Of a stretch of 64,000 nt of DNA, positions 1-13,829 are shown piece after piece (the first letter of the stretch is position 1; every line of letters begins with the position of its first letter). The translations under genes and the position numbers were made by a program. The stretch comes from the human T2T-CHM13v2.0 reference genome, Homo sapiens. The stretch lies in assembly GCF_009914755.1 (NCBI RefSeq), contig NC_060928.1, one strand, 5' to 3'. The notes under the pieces were generated by a model. That model made no database searches and was not told the origin of the DNA. It saw only the letters and a list, made by a program, of their open reading frames with translations.

Positions 1-972
1 TGAAATTCAGGAGGAATTTTAAAAGGCAGAATGAGAACAGATTCTCTTTCCTTTCAATGTTGAGTTCTTTCTTCAAAGAATTAATTGCAGAGCTTTTTTC
101 ACTCACATCTGCTAGATTTAAGATGGCAATATTATCCTACCTTTGGCACAATGCCATTTTCAAACATTACTGTTGCTGTACTATAGAGTCCATCTTAAGC
201 TTTTAAGGTACTTATGTATAGACCTGAACCAATCTTGTTCCAGACGTGGCCTGTGTTAACATCCCTCCTCCTTTCCTGTTGTACAGACAGAGGTGAGGTC
301 ACTGTCAATTGAGGGGATAATTTTAGGTGGCACTATATTATTATCATCGTTCTGAAATTCTCCCAAAATGGAGAAACATAAAATGAAGGAGAACATAGTA
401 ATGCAAGATGTATAATAACGTGTGCTTCTAAAAGAGTAAAACAGAAAAAGCCAGAGTTGACTACAATAGTAACTCATTCTAACAAAAGCAGCTCTGTAAT
501 CTGAGAATTGCCCATCTGTTATACCCACACAAATAGTAAAAGCCCAAGAATGATATAAAAATCTTTCAATTAATTATGTGTGAAAATCTATGACAAAAAA
601 ATTTACAAGAATTTAATCATTATGGATTTCCAAAAACAAACAGAAATAATTGGAAAATGTGTCAGAAAACCCAGGCAATTCTTCCACATGTTCTTATGAT
701 CTACTCTAATTTCATCACATATGTCATTCCAAATGAAGCTTCCTAAATATGGCAAGGTGAAGATTTACACTGGAGACTTAGCTGTTGTTATATATTTTCA
801 TATAATTAACAAAAATCATATTCAAATAATCGAAGGAAAAGCTTAAGTAGAGATTTATTTGGCATAATTTACCTGAATTATTATTCTCTTTTACTGCATT
901 CATCCAATCAATCATCAGGAATGCATTAAGTATTTTCTAGGTGTTAAGCACTTTCCTAGGTAGAAAGAGTGA

Positions 973-1045
973 AGATGATTATGATGATGATAATGATGAT
1001 GATGAGATGATGATAACAATGATAGTGATGAGGACAGTGATGATA
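973..1045. repeat. (GAT)n-like degenerate trinucleotide repeat
   Basis: gatgattatgatgatgataatgatgatgatgagatgatgataac... Confidence 0.85.
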
Positions 1046-1049
1046 GATA

Positions 1050-1260
1050 CCTTTATAGACACCCACAATTTAACAAACCCTATACTAAATAATTTAGCTC
1101 TGTTGTCTCATTTAGTCTCCTTAGCTTTTTGAGGCTGGTACTGCTATCCCCATTTTACAGATGAAGCAGCTGGGGCACAGAATGCATAAATAAGTGACAG
1201 GGTCATACCACTAGAAATTAGTACATATGGGATTTGAATTTGAACCTTTCTCCATAGTCC
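1050..1260 (-). mobile_element. MIR SINE
   Basis: Core cccattttacagatgaagcagctggggcacaga...gggatttgaa matches the reverse complement of the MIR core. Confidence 0.7.
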
Positions 1261-1564
1261 ATATATGCTTGTCTATATATACATGATAGAAAGACATAGA
1301 TGACATCTCTTCCCATGTATGGGAAACTAGACAGATACATCTATAGCAAAAGAAAAATTCTAAGGCACGTAAGAGATCATCATGCTGAAAGGAATCACAG
1401 ACATTATCTAGTCAAAACTCATTTTACAGAAAGGAAATGGAGATCTAGCTAGAACCACATACCCAAGGTCTCCCAGTGGAGTGCAGAAATACTTTTCTCT
1501 ACTCCTTGTACTACTACTCAACTCCAGGCCCTCATCATCTGTCACTTGAGCTATTACAATGGCA

Positions 1565-2801
1565 TCTGGACCCCTGTCTCTCATTATATACAAAAAATAA
1601 CTCAAGATGGATTAAAGACTTGAATGTAAGACCTGAAACTTCAAAATACCAGAAGAAAATACAGGAAAAACTCTTCTGCACATTGGCCCAGGTAAATAAT
1701 TCATGACTAAGACCTCAAAAGCAAATGCAACAAAACAAAAAATAGACAAATGAGACCTATTAAACTAAAACACTTCTGCACAGCAAAAGAAATAATCAAC
1801 AGAGTTAACAGACAACGTGTAGAATGGGAGCAAATATTTGTAAACTATGCATCTGACAAAGGAAGGACTAATATCCGGAATCTACAAGGAACTCAAACAA
1901 CAACAAAACAAATAACCTCATCGAAAAGTGGAGAAAGGACATCTCAACAGACATTTTTCAAAAGAAGACATACAAATGTCCATGAAGCATATCAAAAAAT
2001 GCTCCGCGTAACTAATCATCAGAGAAATGCAAATTAAAACCACAATGAGATATTCTCTTACATCAGTCAGAATGGCTATTATTAGAAAGTTGAAAAACAA
2101 CAGATGTTGGTGAGGATGTGGAGAAAAGGGAATGCTTATACACTGTTGGTGGGAATGTAAATTAATACAATGTCTATGGAAAATAGCATGGAGATTTCTC
2201 CTAGAACTAAAAATAGGTCTAACATTCAATCTACCAAGCAATACTGCTACTGGGGTATGTACTCAAAAGAAAAGAAATCATTATATCAAAAAGATACCTG
2301 CACCTGTATGTTTATCACAGCACTATTCATAATAGCAAAGATAAGGAATCAACCTAAGTGTCCATCGACAGATGATTAGATAAAGAAAATGTGAAATATA
2401 TATACAAATATGTGTGTGTGTGTGTGTGTGTGTCTGTGTATGAATACTAATCAGCCATAAAAAAAGGCTGAAATTTTGTCTTTTGCAGTAAATGGTTGGA
2501 ACTGGAGGCCATTCTCTTAAGTGAAATAACTCAGAAACAGAAAGTCAAATACCGCATGTTCTCACTCCCAAGTGGGAGCTAACTAATAGGTACACGTGGA
2601 CATAAAGAGTGGAATAATAGACATTGGAGACAGAAGGGTGGGAGAGTGTGTGAGAGGTGAAGGATGAAAAATTACTTGCTGGATACAATGTACACTATTT
2701 GGGTGAGGGTTAAGCCCAGATCTCATTGCTATGTAATATATCCACGTAACAAAACGACATCTGTATCTTCTAAATATATTTTTAAAATTTAAAAATAAAA
2801 A
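1565..2801 (+). mobile_element. 5'-truncated L1 (L1PB/L1MA-type 3' end) with internal (TG)n at ~2410-2438
   Basis: Frameshifted ORF2 C-terminal peptides ([51 protein letters not shown]), an L1 3'UTR and an A-rich tail. Confidence 0.9.
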
Positions 2802-3133
2802 TAGCCCATCGATGTCTCCCTGCCTCCAATTTTATTCTTTTTTCTATAATAATTATATTTCTGAAACTTAGATCTGTTAATGTTGAACCACTTAAACTCT
2901 CAAAATTGTTTCCTTTTCCTTCCTGAAAAGCCCAGTACCGCCTTATCAAGCACAAGTCTATCTATCTATCTTCCCAGCTCCCCTTTGAACCACTACTCCA
3001 ACCAGCCAATCTATTTCCCCAATCCTACTGTTTATGTTTCCTTCTTTAAATGTTTGAGCATGCTCTTCTGTCTAAAGTATTCTTCTCTTTTCCCAGCTTG
3101 TGACCCTATTCATCCATCAAGAAGCAACTCAAG

Positions 3134-3447
<314 letters not shown>

Positions 3448-3696
3448 AAGCAACTCAAATATCACTCATTAAAGTATTTCATTCTTTAAGCAGTTAGTCA
3501 CTCCCTCCTCTGCATTTCCATAACACTTCATTTCTAGTCAATGTTAGAGATGACGACTTGCTCACCTTTTATTTTTCAACACCTAAAGAATACGTGAATG
3601 ACTTATAGGAGGTCCATAATACATGCTTATCGAATAGATGAATAAACTGAGAGTGCTATGGTTTCTTGATCTCCAAACCAATTTTGCCACAATAGA

Positions 3697-4610
3697 CTTC
3701 ATTCAGTCTTTTAGTTCTTCCAACAAATATTTATTATGTTTATATTTTGTGCCAGGTACTCTGTTAGTCAAAAGGGTAACAGTGGTGAAAAGGTAGATAA
3801 GGTTTCTGCCCTCATGGAGGTGCTTGTAGCAAGAAATACAGATAATAAAAATAACAAATAAATAATAAGTTCCAGGAAAGTAATAAGCAGTGGATAAAAG
3901 AGAGAGTAAATAACAAAGGCCATCTTAGAAACAGCAATGGGAAAGAAACCCTTCTCCAAGCACTTAATATTTTAACTAAGATCTCAAGGCTAATATGCTC
4001 AGCCTTGTAAGGAGTTGAGGAAGAATATTTCAGGCAGAGAGAACAGCAAGTCTTGTCGACAAGAAAGAGTTTGCTGTGGACAAGAAACAGAAAGGCTCAC
4101 GTGACCATGGCCCTAGCAGTTGATGGTGAAAAATTTGGCAACAAAAGGTTTGAGAAGTAGGCAAACTCACAGCTCTTGAGTGGCTTGGCATGCTTTGTAG
4201 GTTATAAGCAATTTGAATTTTGTCTTAAAAGCACTGGGATGTCAGAGGCTTCCTAGCTGGAAGTAAACTGCTTTGATCTATGCATTTAAAAATTGGGGCA
4301 ATGAATTAAAGAAGGTCAAGCACCAGTTAGGAAGCTCCTGCAGAAGTCCAGGCAAACAGTGGTTAATGTGGAGTAATCAGAGATGGAACAAACACAGAGT
4401 TTAATCAAATTTGAGAGCTAGACTTAGTAGGCCTTGGAAATATATCTGGTGTGGGCTGTGGAAGAAACGGAGATGTTACTGTTGACGTTTAGATTTTTAT
4501 AATTTGAACCATTAGATGGATGGCATACTTTTTACTGAGATGAGAATGACCAAGATAAGAAATACATTTAGGAGGGACTTAATCAATTAAGTATGGACAT
4601 TTTAAGCTTT
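3697..4610 (-). mobile_element. L2 LINE fragment
   Basis: caacaaatatttatt...gtgccaggtactctg and the downstream purine-rich sequence are typical of an antisense L2 3' region. Confidence 0.65.
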
Positions 4611-4659
4611 AATTGTGGAAAACCACTGCTACAGTAAAAGAACCACTAGATGGCAATAA

Positions 4660-4900
4660 TAATAGTTAATTATTGGGAGTGCCTACCCTGTGTCAGACTT
4701 TTCTTACATATTAACTTCTTTAATCCCCGCAGTCATTCTATAAGGAAGTTACTACTGTAAACTCCACTTTACAGATAAGGAAAGTAAGGTACAGAATTGT
4801 CACCTTACCTCCCCAAGAGCTCACATTTGTATTAATAAGTGGAAGATTCAGGATTCAAATCCAGGCAGTCTGACTCCAGAGCCTGGCCTTTTAATCTGTG
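4660..4900 (-). mobile_element. MIR SINE
   Basis: ccactttacagataaggaaagtaaggtacaga...ggattcaaatccaggcagtctgactccagagcc. Confidence 0.75.
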
Positions 4901-5670
4901 TACCACAAAAAATTAATAATTTGGTGCCAGGACAGTTATTAGACACTTCTCATTCATATATAAAACCAACAGGAAGCAAACATAGCTCTCCACACATTAT
5001 ATGACTGAACTTACTAAGCATTGGCTTTAATAAACGCCGATTCTGTGGCTGAAAGATCACTTTTCTTAACATTGATGCCATCACAGAACCACATTATGTA
5101 CTGGGCTCCAAGTAGACAGCAAATAATATAATAAAGTCTGCTCTGCCTAAATATATATTGCTCCGCAGCGACTTGTCCCAGGGGAATTTTGATAGCTATT
5201 TAGCTCTCTTGCCTGGGGGCAATCACCTGCAGAAACCCACTTAATCCACAGTTATCACAACAGAAATGATGGATTGACTGTATAACGAAGCAGGCACTGG
5301 GATAGACATGGGAACTACAACTCTCTGCCTTCATAGAGCTTCCAGGTAGTGAAGGAGACAAAAAAAGTAAATGAAATAGCAAAATAAACTGTGATATGTG
5401 CTGAATGTAGTACACATCCCAGGGGCACCCAGTCCTTTACAGAGAAAGTTATGTTTGAGCTGAGACCTGAAAAGGAAGGCAGGACTTAACCTAGAGGCAG
5501 CCCAATATTTAATTGCTACAGAAGAAACTTACAAAGCACTTTGGAAGTGGCACAGGAGCTTTTGTACCATTTGACATGGAAAGCTGGTGTCCCAAACTCC
5601 CAAAGGTGCAAATATCGAAATTGCCTTCACCTATTCTTGGTGTCAGTGCTCCATCTCCAACCCCTGCTTT

Positions 5671-8600
5671 CCTTTTTTTTTTTTAACTTTTAAGTTCAGA
5701 GGGTACAAGTGCAACTTTGTTACATAGGTAAACTTTGTCATGGGGGTTTGTTGTACAGATTATTTCATCACCCAGGTATTAAACCTAGTACCCATTAGTT
5801 ATTTTTCCTGATCCTCTCCCTCCTCCCTCCCATCACCCTCTGACAGGTCCCAGTGTGTGTTGTTCCCCTCTCTGTGTTCATGTATTCTCATCATTTAGCT
5901 CCTACTTATAAGTGAGAACACGGGGTGTTTGGTTTTCTGTTCCTGTGTTAGTTTGCTAAGGAAAATGGCCTCCAGCTGCATCCATGTCCCTGCAAAAGAC
6001 ATGATCTCATTCCTTTGTATGGCTGCATAGTATTCCATGGTGTATATGTACCATGTTTTCTTTATCCAATCTGTCATCAACGGGCATTTAGGTTGCCCAT
6101 TGCCCATCAATGGGCATTAGGTTGCTCCTTAATTTTTTGGAGTAGTTTCAGTAGCAATGGTACCATGCCTTTGCTATTGTGAGTAGTGCTGCAATGAACA
6201 TACACATGCATGTGTCTTTATAATAGAATGATTTATATTCCTTTGGGTATATACCAAGTAATAGGATTGCTGGGTAGAATGGTATTTTTGTCTTTAGGTC
6301 TTTGAGGAATTGCCACACTGTCTTCCACAATGGCTGAACTAATTTACACTCCCACCAACAGTGTATAGGCATTCTTTTTTTCTACAACCTCACTAGCATC
6401 TGTTATTTTTTGACTTTTTAGTAATAGCCATTCTGACTGGTGTGAGATGGTGTCTCATTGTAGTTTTGATTTGCACTTCTCTAATGATCAGTGATGTTGA
6501 GCTTTTCTTCATATGATTGTTGGCTGCATGTATGTCTTCTTCTGAAAAGTGTTCATGTCCTTTGCCATTTTTTAGTGGGGTTGTTTGTTTTTTTGTAAAT
6601 TTGTTTAAGTTCCTTGTAGATGCTGAATATTAGACCTTTGTCAGATGCATATTTTGCAAAAATTTTCTCCCATTCTGTAGATTGTCTTTTTACTCTGTTG
6701 ATAGTTTCTTTTGCTTTTCAGAAGCTCTTTAATTTAATTAGATCAAACTTGTCAATTTTTGCTTTTGTTGCAATTGCTTTTGGCATCTTCATCATGAAAT
6801 CTTTGCCTGTGCCTATGTCCTGAAAAGTATTGCCTAGGTTGTCTTCCAGGGTTTTCATAGTATTAGGTTTTATGTTTAAGTCTTTAATCCACCTTGATTT
6901 AATTTTTGTATGTGGTATAAGGACGGGGTCCAGTTTCAATCTTCTACATATGGCTAGCTAGTTATCCCAGCACCATTTATTGAATGGGGAATCTTTTCCC
7001 CATTGCTTGTTTTTGTCAGGTTTGTCAAAGATCAGATAGGTGTAGGTGTGTGGCTTTATTGTTGTGTTCTCTATTCTGTTCCATTGGTCTATGTATCTCT
7101 GTTTTTGTACCTGTACCATGCTGTTTTGGTTACTGTAGCCCTGTAGTATAGTTTGACCAGGTAGTGTGGTATCTCCAGCTTTGTTCTTTTTGTTTAGGAT
7201 TGCCTTGGCTATGTGGGCTCTTTTTTAGTTCCATATGAATCTTAAAATAATTTTTTCTAGTTCTGTGAAGAATCTCAATGGTAGTTTAACAGGAAGAGCA
7301 TTGAATCTATAAATTGCTTTGTGCAATATGTCCATTTTAACACTATTGATTCTTCCTATCCATGAGCATGGAATGTTTTTCCATTTGTTTGTGTCATCTC
7401 TGAGTACTTTGAGTGGTGTTTTGTAGTTCTCCTTCTAGAGATTGTTCACCTTCCTAGTTAGCTGTATTCCTAGGTATTTTATTCTTTTTGTGGCTATAGT
7501 GAATGGGATTATGTTCCTGATTTGTCTCTTGGCTTGACTGTTGTTGGTGTATAGGAATGCTAGTGATTTTTGAGCATTGACTTTGTATTCTGAGACTTTG
7601 CTGAAGTTGTTTATCAATTTAAGGTTTTGGGCTGAAACTATGAGGTTTTCTACATATAGAATCCTATCATCTACAAACAGGGATAGTTTGACTTCCTCTC
7701 TTCTTATCTGGATGGACTTTATTTCTTTCTTTTGCCTGATTACCTTGGCCAGGACTTCTATTACTGTGTTGAACAGGAGTGGTGAGTGAGGGCATCTTTG
7801 ACTTGTGCCGGTTTTCAAGGGGAATACTTCCAGCTTTTGCCCATTCAGTATGATGTTGACTGTGGGTTTGTCATATATGGCTTATTATTTTGAGGTATGT
7901 TCTTCCAATACCTAGTTTATTGAGTTTTTTTTTTAAACCATGAAGTGATGTTGAATTCTGTCAAAAGCCCTTTCTGCATCTATTGAGATAATCATCTAGT
8001 TTTTGTCATTAGTTCTGTTTATGTGATGAATCACATTTATTGATTCGCATATGTTGAACCAATCTTGCATCCCAGGGATAAAGCCTATTTGATTGTGGTA
8101 GATAAGCTTTTTAATGTACTGCTGGATTTGGTTTGCCAGTATTTTGTGTAAAATTTTTCCATCAATGTTCATCAAGGATATTGGCCTGAATTTTTCTTTT
8201 ATCGTTGTATCTCTGCCAGGTTTTGGTATCAGGATGATGCTGGCCTCATACAATGAGTTAGGGAGGGGTCTCTCCTTCTTAATTTTTTGGAATAGTTTCA
8301 GTAGGCATGGTACCAGCTCTTCTTTGAGCATCTGGTAGAATTCAGCTATGAATCTGTCTGCTCCTGGGCTATTTTTAGTTGGTAGGCTATTTATTACTGC
8401 CTCAATTTCAGAACTTGTTATTAGTCTGTTCAGGGATTCAATTTCTTCCTGGTTCAGTCTTGGGAGGGTGTATGTGTCCAACGATTTATTCATTTTTTCT
8501 AGATTTTCTAGTGTATATGCATAGAGGTGTTCATAATATCCTCTGATGGTTGTTTGTATTCCTGTGGGGTCAGTGGTAATATCCCCTTTGTCATTTCTAA

Positions 8601-8780
8601 TTGTGTTTATTTGAATCTTCTCTCTTTTTTTCCTTATTAGCCTAACTAGTGGTCTATCTTACTAATTTTTAAAAAATAAACAGCTTCTAGATGCATTGAT
8701 CTTTTGAAAGACTTTTCATGTCTCTATCTCCTTCAGTTAAGCTCTGATTTGGGTTATTTCTTGTCTTCTGCTAGCTTTGT
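5671..8780 (-). mobile_element. 5'-truncated L1PA (older L1PA, approx. PA11-PA16), ~3.1 kb, degraded ORF2
   Basis: Poly-T at 5673. ORF2/RT peptides appear in minus-strand ORFs 7996-8493, 7435-7818, 6718-6939, 6148-6372 and 5895-6110. Perfect 13-bp TSD caacccctgcttt at 5658-5670 and 8781-8793. Confidence 0.96.
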
Positions 8781-8879
8781 CAACCCCTGCTTTGATGGCC
8801 CTCCCTGGGTAATCTAATGAACAATTACCTAAGTTGCTTCCACTTACAGGGTGGTGACAAATAATTAATGTCCAAACCC

Positions 8880-9780
8880 AATTTCAAATATCTTTTCAGC
8901 TCCAGCCCTGAATCTGTTTACTCACTAGTCCTTATCACTTGAGGGATTCTCAGAAACCTTAGATCTAACACTTTCAGATGAGACCCTTTCCCGCAGAGCC
9001 TGCTCCTTCTCCTATGGTCTCCACTGAGTGCCTGGTACCACCACGCAACCACCCAACTGCCTATGTCAGGACTAGAAGCATTACCCTAGTTTCTCCCTAA
9101 CCCCGGCCCTTATTCAATGCATCAATCACCAATCTCTGTGAACTTCATCTTCTTAGTATCTCTCATCTCAGAATACCTGGCCCTGCTTGCCGCCATTGTC
9201 ACAGCATTTGATCAGGCCCTTATCACCTTTCCCTGAGACAACTGCAATAGAGTCAAAAGGTCTCGCTGCCTGCATCTCCAGTCAGTTCTTCATATTGAGG
9301 CTGGAATAATATTATAAAAATGCACATTATATTATTCCCTTGCTTTAAAGTCATCAACGGCAACCACGGTTCACAGGCTAAAGTCCAAACTCTTGTGAAG
9401 CCCTCTAGTATCTCATCTTTCTGCCTTTCAGCTTTACCTCTTGCTCTTCCTCTTGTGCTTCATATCTCACCCATACCAAACTACTTACAATCCTACAATC
9501 TCCTTATGTGGTTTCAACCTCCATGCTTTACCTCATCATGTTCTCTCCGCTTGAGATGCCTTTCAACACCACCCCCACACCTTCACTCCTCGTACAAGTC
9601 GCAATTTATGGGTTAACTTGTCTTTGAAGTTCTTTTTTACTCATCACCCTTCCTCTGCCCCAAATAGAACTGACTTTTTTTCCCTTTATGTCCCTACTGC
9701 TTCCAATACAGGCTATTTTTCATAGCCCTTTTAGTATAGTAAGCCCACAAGTCTAGCACAATGCTTGCTTATCTGATTCT
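8880..9780 (+). mobile_element. Degenerate L2 fragment
   Basis: Pyrimidine-rich L2-like motifs (aaagtccaaactc, tctagcacaatgcttg). Confidence 0.5.
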
Positions 9781-10017
9781 TTGATAGACACAAACATAAT
9801 TCATGGACCGTGAATTATGGACCATGAGTGCCTGTGGCTAAATGTTGGAAAAGTGGAAAGGGTCATCTCTGCCCTCATAGCTTACTTATAGTCACAAAAT
9901 AAAAACTTGCAGTCCAAAAGTCAAAAGCACTCCCAAGCCCACTCTGTGTCACAGATGTCACAGATGATATGGATTTACCCTGAAATTGACATAGTTTAAG
10001 CCAGTTTGACGTAGTTT

Positions 10018-10327
<310 letters not shown>

Positions 10328-11809
10328 AGTTTGACGTAGTTTAAGGGATCTGATTTATAGACCTCCTAAAGTCCTGTGCTTATTTAATATTTTCAAATAC
10401 AAAATTATATTTATATATATATACATTTTTCTTTGGGCCCCCAAATTGTATGCATTTCAAGCCCTACAAAACCTGATTCCAGGAGTTGTACCATTTATCT
10501 GTGGTCATGAATTTTGTAAACAAAGCTAAGGAAAAGTCAACAGTGATTCAGGGCAGATTCGTGGCTACATGACTTCCTCCTGGGCTGGCCTGGCTGGACT
10601 GAGTGTTGAGTGGGGGTGGGTCAACACTACTCCCTCAGTGGTCCCCTAAAGTAAAATACAAGTGTTCTCTGTCTCTCCGCTGTCCTTCACATCCCCTAAA
10701 AAGAGAAGTAAATTATCAAGGAAGGAAGGAAAATAAAGATGACAAATACTTCATGGTAGCAGAATATCATGATTCTGAGCTACCAACAGAAAATGCATTG
10801 CATTGGCTTACTCTACGTCATCAGGGTCACAGTGATCCTGCAACATGATTGAAATTCCAGGGTAAAATGTCTGTAGCAGTCAGAAGTGGGAGGAAGAGGG
10901 AAGTTAGAAGCAAGAGAAAAAGGGAGGAAGGACATGTGACAAAGGCAGTGAATATGATTAATGAGTCCAATTCTTCCTTATGTCACCTGTGGCCTCCCTG
11001 AGCATCAAAAAAGAAATAATGGGCTGGGATCCGGTCATCCACATTCCTTCTCCCTACCCCACCCCTTCCTCAGCATTTCCTCAGTATGTCAGGCTCTGGT
11101 CCAATAGCTCTATGTGGCAAAAAGGGAGGAAGACAACAGGCAGTCAGAGGCGGGGCTGAGTCCAGTTCCTGGTTCTGGCCAGGGCAGAATTCAGATTTTC
11201 AGGGCTTCAAGCAAAGAAAAGACTATGGAGCCACCATATTCCCATACATATATGCTGAAATTAGGATAATTGTTTTTCTGGGTTTTGTGATTTTGACATT
11301 TTAAAAAAGCCGATTGGAACTGAACTTCCAACTTTCTCTCTCTCTACACTAACACCTTTCTGGCCCTTACTGATGCTGTGACCTTAGGAGAGTCCCTTAT
11401 CACTATGAGTCTGTTTGCTCATCTATAAAGGTGGTGTGTCATGATTCTTTAATCTCCGTGAGTCTATTAGTGATCATTCGGTTTCATCTTCTAAAGCAAA
11501 ACAATTTTAAATACCCCTGCTCTGGCTTGTACATTCTACTGACATGTACAGAGTTGAGAATTCTAGTCCAGATTAGTGAGGACATCCTATGTATGTGGTG
11601 ATACATCTGATTTTACTTATTCTACAAATGTTCACTGAATACCTACCAGGTAACAGCTGCTGAGTGTACGGTGATGAATGAAGCAGAAATTCTCCTCGCC
11701 TTGCCCAGTAGAATACTTCAGTGGAGCTTGCAGTCTATTAACTGTAATGGTGGAGCCTGAGATCAGCCCAGGTGTCTGATTCTAGAAGCTACCCTCTTAG
11801 TCACAATCT

Positions 11810-11945
11810 AAGATGGTGGTGAAGAGCCTGACTCTGCAGTTAGGCAGCCTGGGTTCAAATCTCAGTTGTGTCACTTCCTTCCTTAGTGACCCTGAGCAAC
11901 TTTCTTAACCTCTCTGTACTGATATTTTCTTGTTTTTTAAAACCA
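11810..11945 (+). mobile_element. MIR SINE
   Basis: cctgggttcaaatctcag...gtgaccctgagcaactttcttaacctctctg. Confidence 0.7.
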
Positions 11946-13829
11946 AGCTAAAAATGGCAAATCCAAATGCCCAAAGTAGATGTCCTGACATACTCAGGTT
12001 AGAGGCACAACTCTTCTGCCAGAACTTGTGCTACGGCTTGCTATGCAAGGGACAATGGTGAGTTTGCTCCACAATGCATGCCTAGCGTTTGGCCAAAGAG
12101 GGAAGAATGATTCTCTCCCCATTGTGTGTCTTAATTTGGCATCTAGGTTAAGCAGTTCTATCCTGATGTCCTATTGAGATTTTAGAGAAAAAACCCTTTT
12201 CAGTTTTAACTCAAGGGCCATTTTAACTTTACCATCTTCTCCCCAGATTTGTAAAAATATCCTTGGTGACTTAAGAGATCCTTGGGGGCTACTGGAGACC
12301 CAGCAGGTCGTGGTCGAGGGTGATCCAGATTTTTCCTGTCCTCTCATCCTTCTCTTTGAGCTTCCCAACATCTGCTTTTCCCTCAAAATAATTAATCCAC
12401 TTCACAAAAAGATATTACCAAGAAATGTCGATTTACATAAGATTTTATGGAAACAAAAGACAAGACAGTTAACAACCCATATCCCACAGATGACCACTTG
12501 AAAATTCCTGTTGGACGTTTCACCATTTCTCTTCTCCAGACTCCTCTTTCCTGCCACGTTACTACCAGTGGTCTCCCTCTTTCCCTTCAAGGGTGCCCTG
12601 CTTCATTGCTCCTCTCCTCCTGTTCCCAAAGGCCAGCCTCCTTAGAAGGCAGTGGGGGTTACAAACACCAAAAAAAATTTCAAGTAGACAAGTAACAGAT
12701 GCTTCCCCATATTCAAAAAACCCACCAGCCCATCATCCTCAAAGCTTTAAAACTGGGAAAACCTTGTCTACCTGTTCCCTTAGGATCCATCCTTCACTAA
12801 GACACTCTTGGCATTTTGTGTAATTAGTCTCCAGTGAGGCCAGTCCTCTTCCCACCAAATGTTACCTGAACACTAGTGGCGAGCAAGCTATGCCCTGGTT
12901 GAAATAAAGATGCTGGGTAACATGTTCCATTTTCTTCCATCTTATCTCTTCAAAGCAGCCTTGCAACACAAAGCTGTGCCAAGAGCATTTAATTTTCACC
13001 ACTGTCCTTCAGGCTTCCAGCCTTCTCTGAACGTGCCTTCCCACCTCCCACCCCGAACAAAACTGTCTGCTTTCTACATGTTTTCCACAGTACCCCTACT
13101 TGCTTCTACCTAACATTCAACATCTTGTAATTTCTTATTTGCTAATCCATTTCCCCTAGTAGACTGTCTATGAAAGGAGGCATGTAGTTCTTAACCCAAC
13201 TGGAATTTTAGTACACATTTGTTGAATTAACAGATGAAGGAAAAGCATACGCTTTACTATTAACTATCCTCACTATAAACTAATATATGTCATTGCCTTT
13301 GCGGCTAACCTCAGATGTCACAAACCTACAATGCTAAATCTGTCATACTAAGGATCCTCTGTGCTTTTGTTAAGTTTATCCAGGCTATGGTTAACTTCAG
13401 AATTCTCTCCTTTCCAGTGACTGCGAGGGCCTTATAAAAGATGCTGCAATGAATTTCTTTCTTTATTTCATTTGCTTGCTTATTATTCTTATTCCTTCTA
13501 CATAAAACGAACAAACAAAACAAAACAAAAGCACAAGCTCTGGTGGCAAATAGACATGGACGTGAAACCCAATTTCACCACTGCTAGCTTTATGATCGTG
13601 AAAAATTAGTCTTTTAGTTTCAGTTTCTTACCTATAATACTTATATCCATATCATAGGATTGTCAGAGAATTAACTGGTACATATCAAGGCCTCCTGGTA
13701 CATAGTAGGATGTTGGTAAATATGAAACCTATTAAATCTCTTTTTTCTCTTACCCCTTTCTCATAACTCCCATTATTACAGCCTCAAAATGCTTACCACC
13801 TGATTATTCAGTACACGAGCTGCTTCTCA

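Noticed and set aside
2207-2216. Perfect MEF2 motif CTAAAAATAG
   Set aside because: It is inside L1 ORF2 sequence, isolated and 50 kb from the promoter, so it is likely incidental.
7435-8493. The two longest reverse-transcriptase-like ORFs (165 aa and 127 aa)
   Set aside because: They are fragments of L1 ORF2 in a 5'-truncated, frameshifted element, not a functional gene or a novel RT system.
11950-12900. Non-Alu, moderately GC-rich stretch with several overlapping short ORFs and a GTGAGT donor-like site (~12058)
   Set aside because: There is no recognisable protein, pseudogene or exon pair. It may be an ancient repeat but cannot be supported without a database search.
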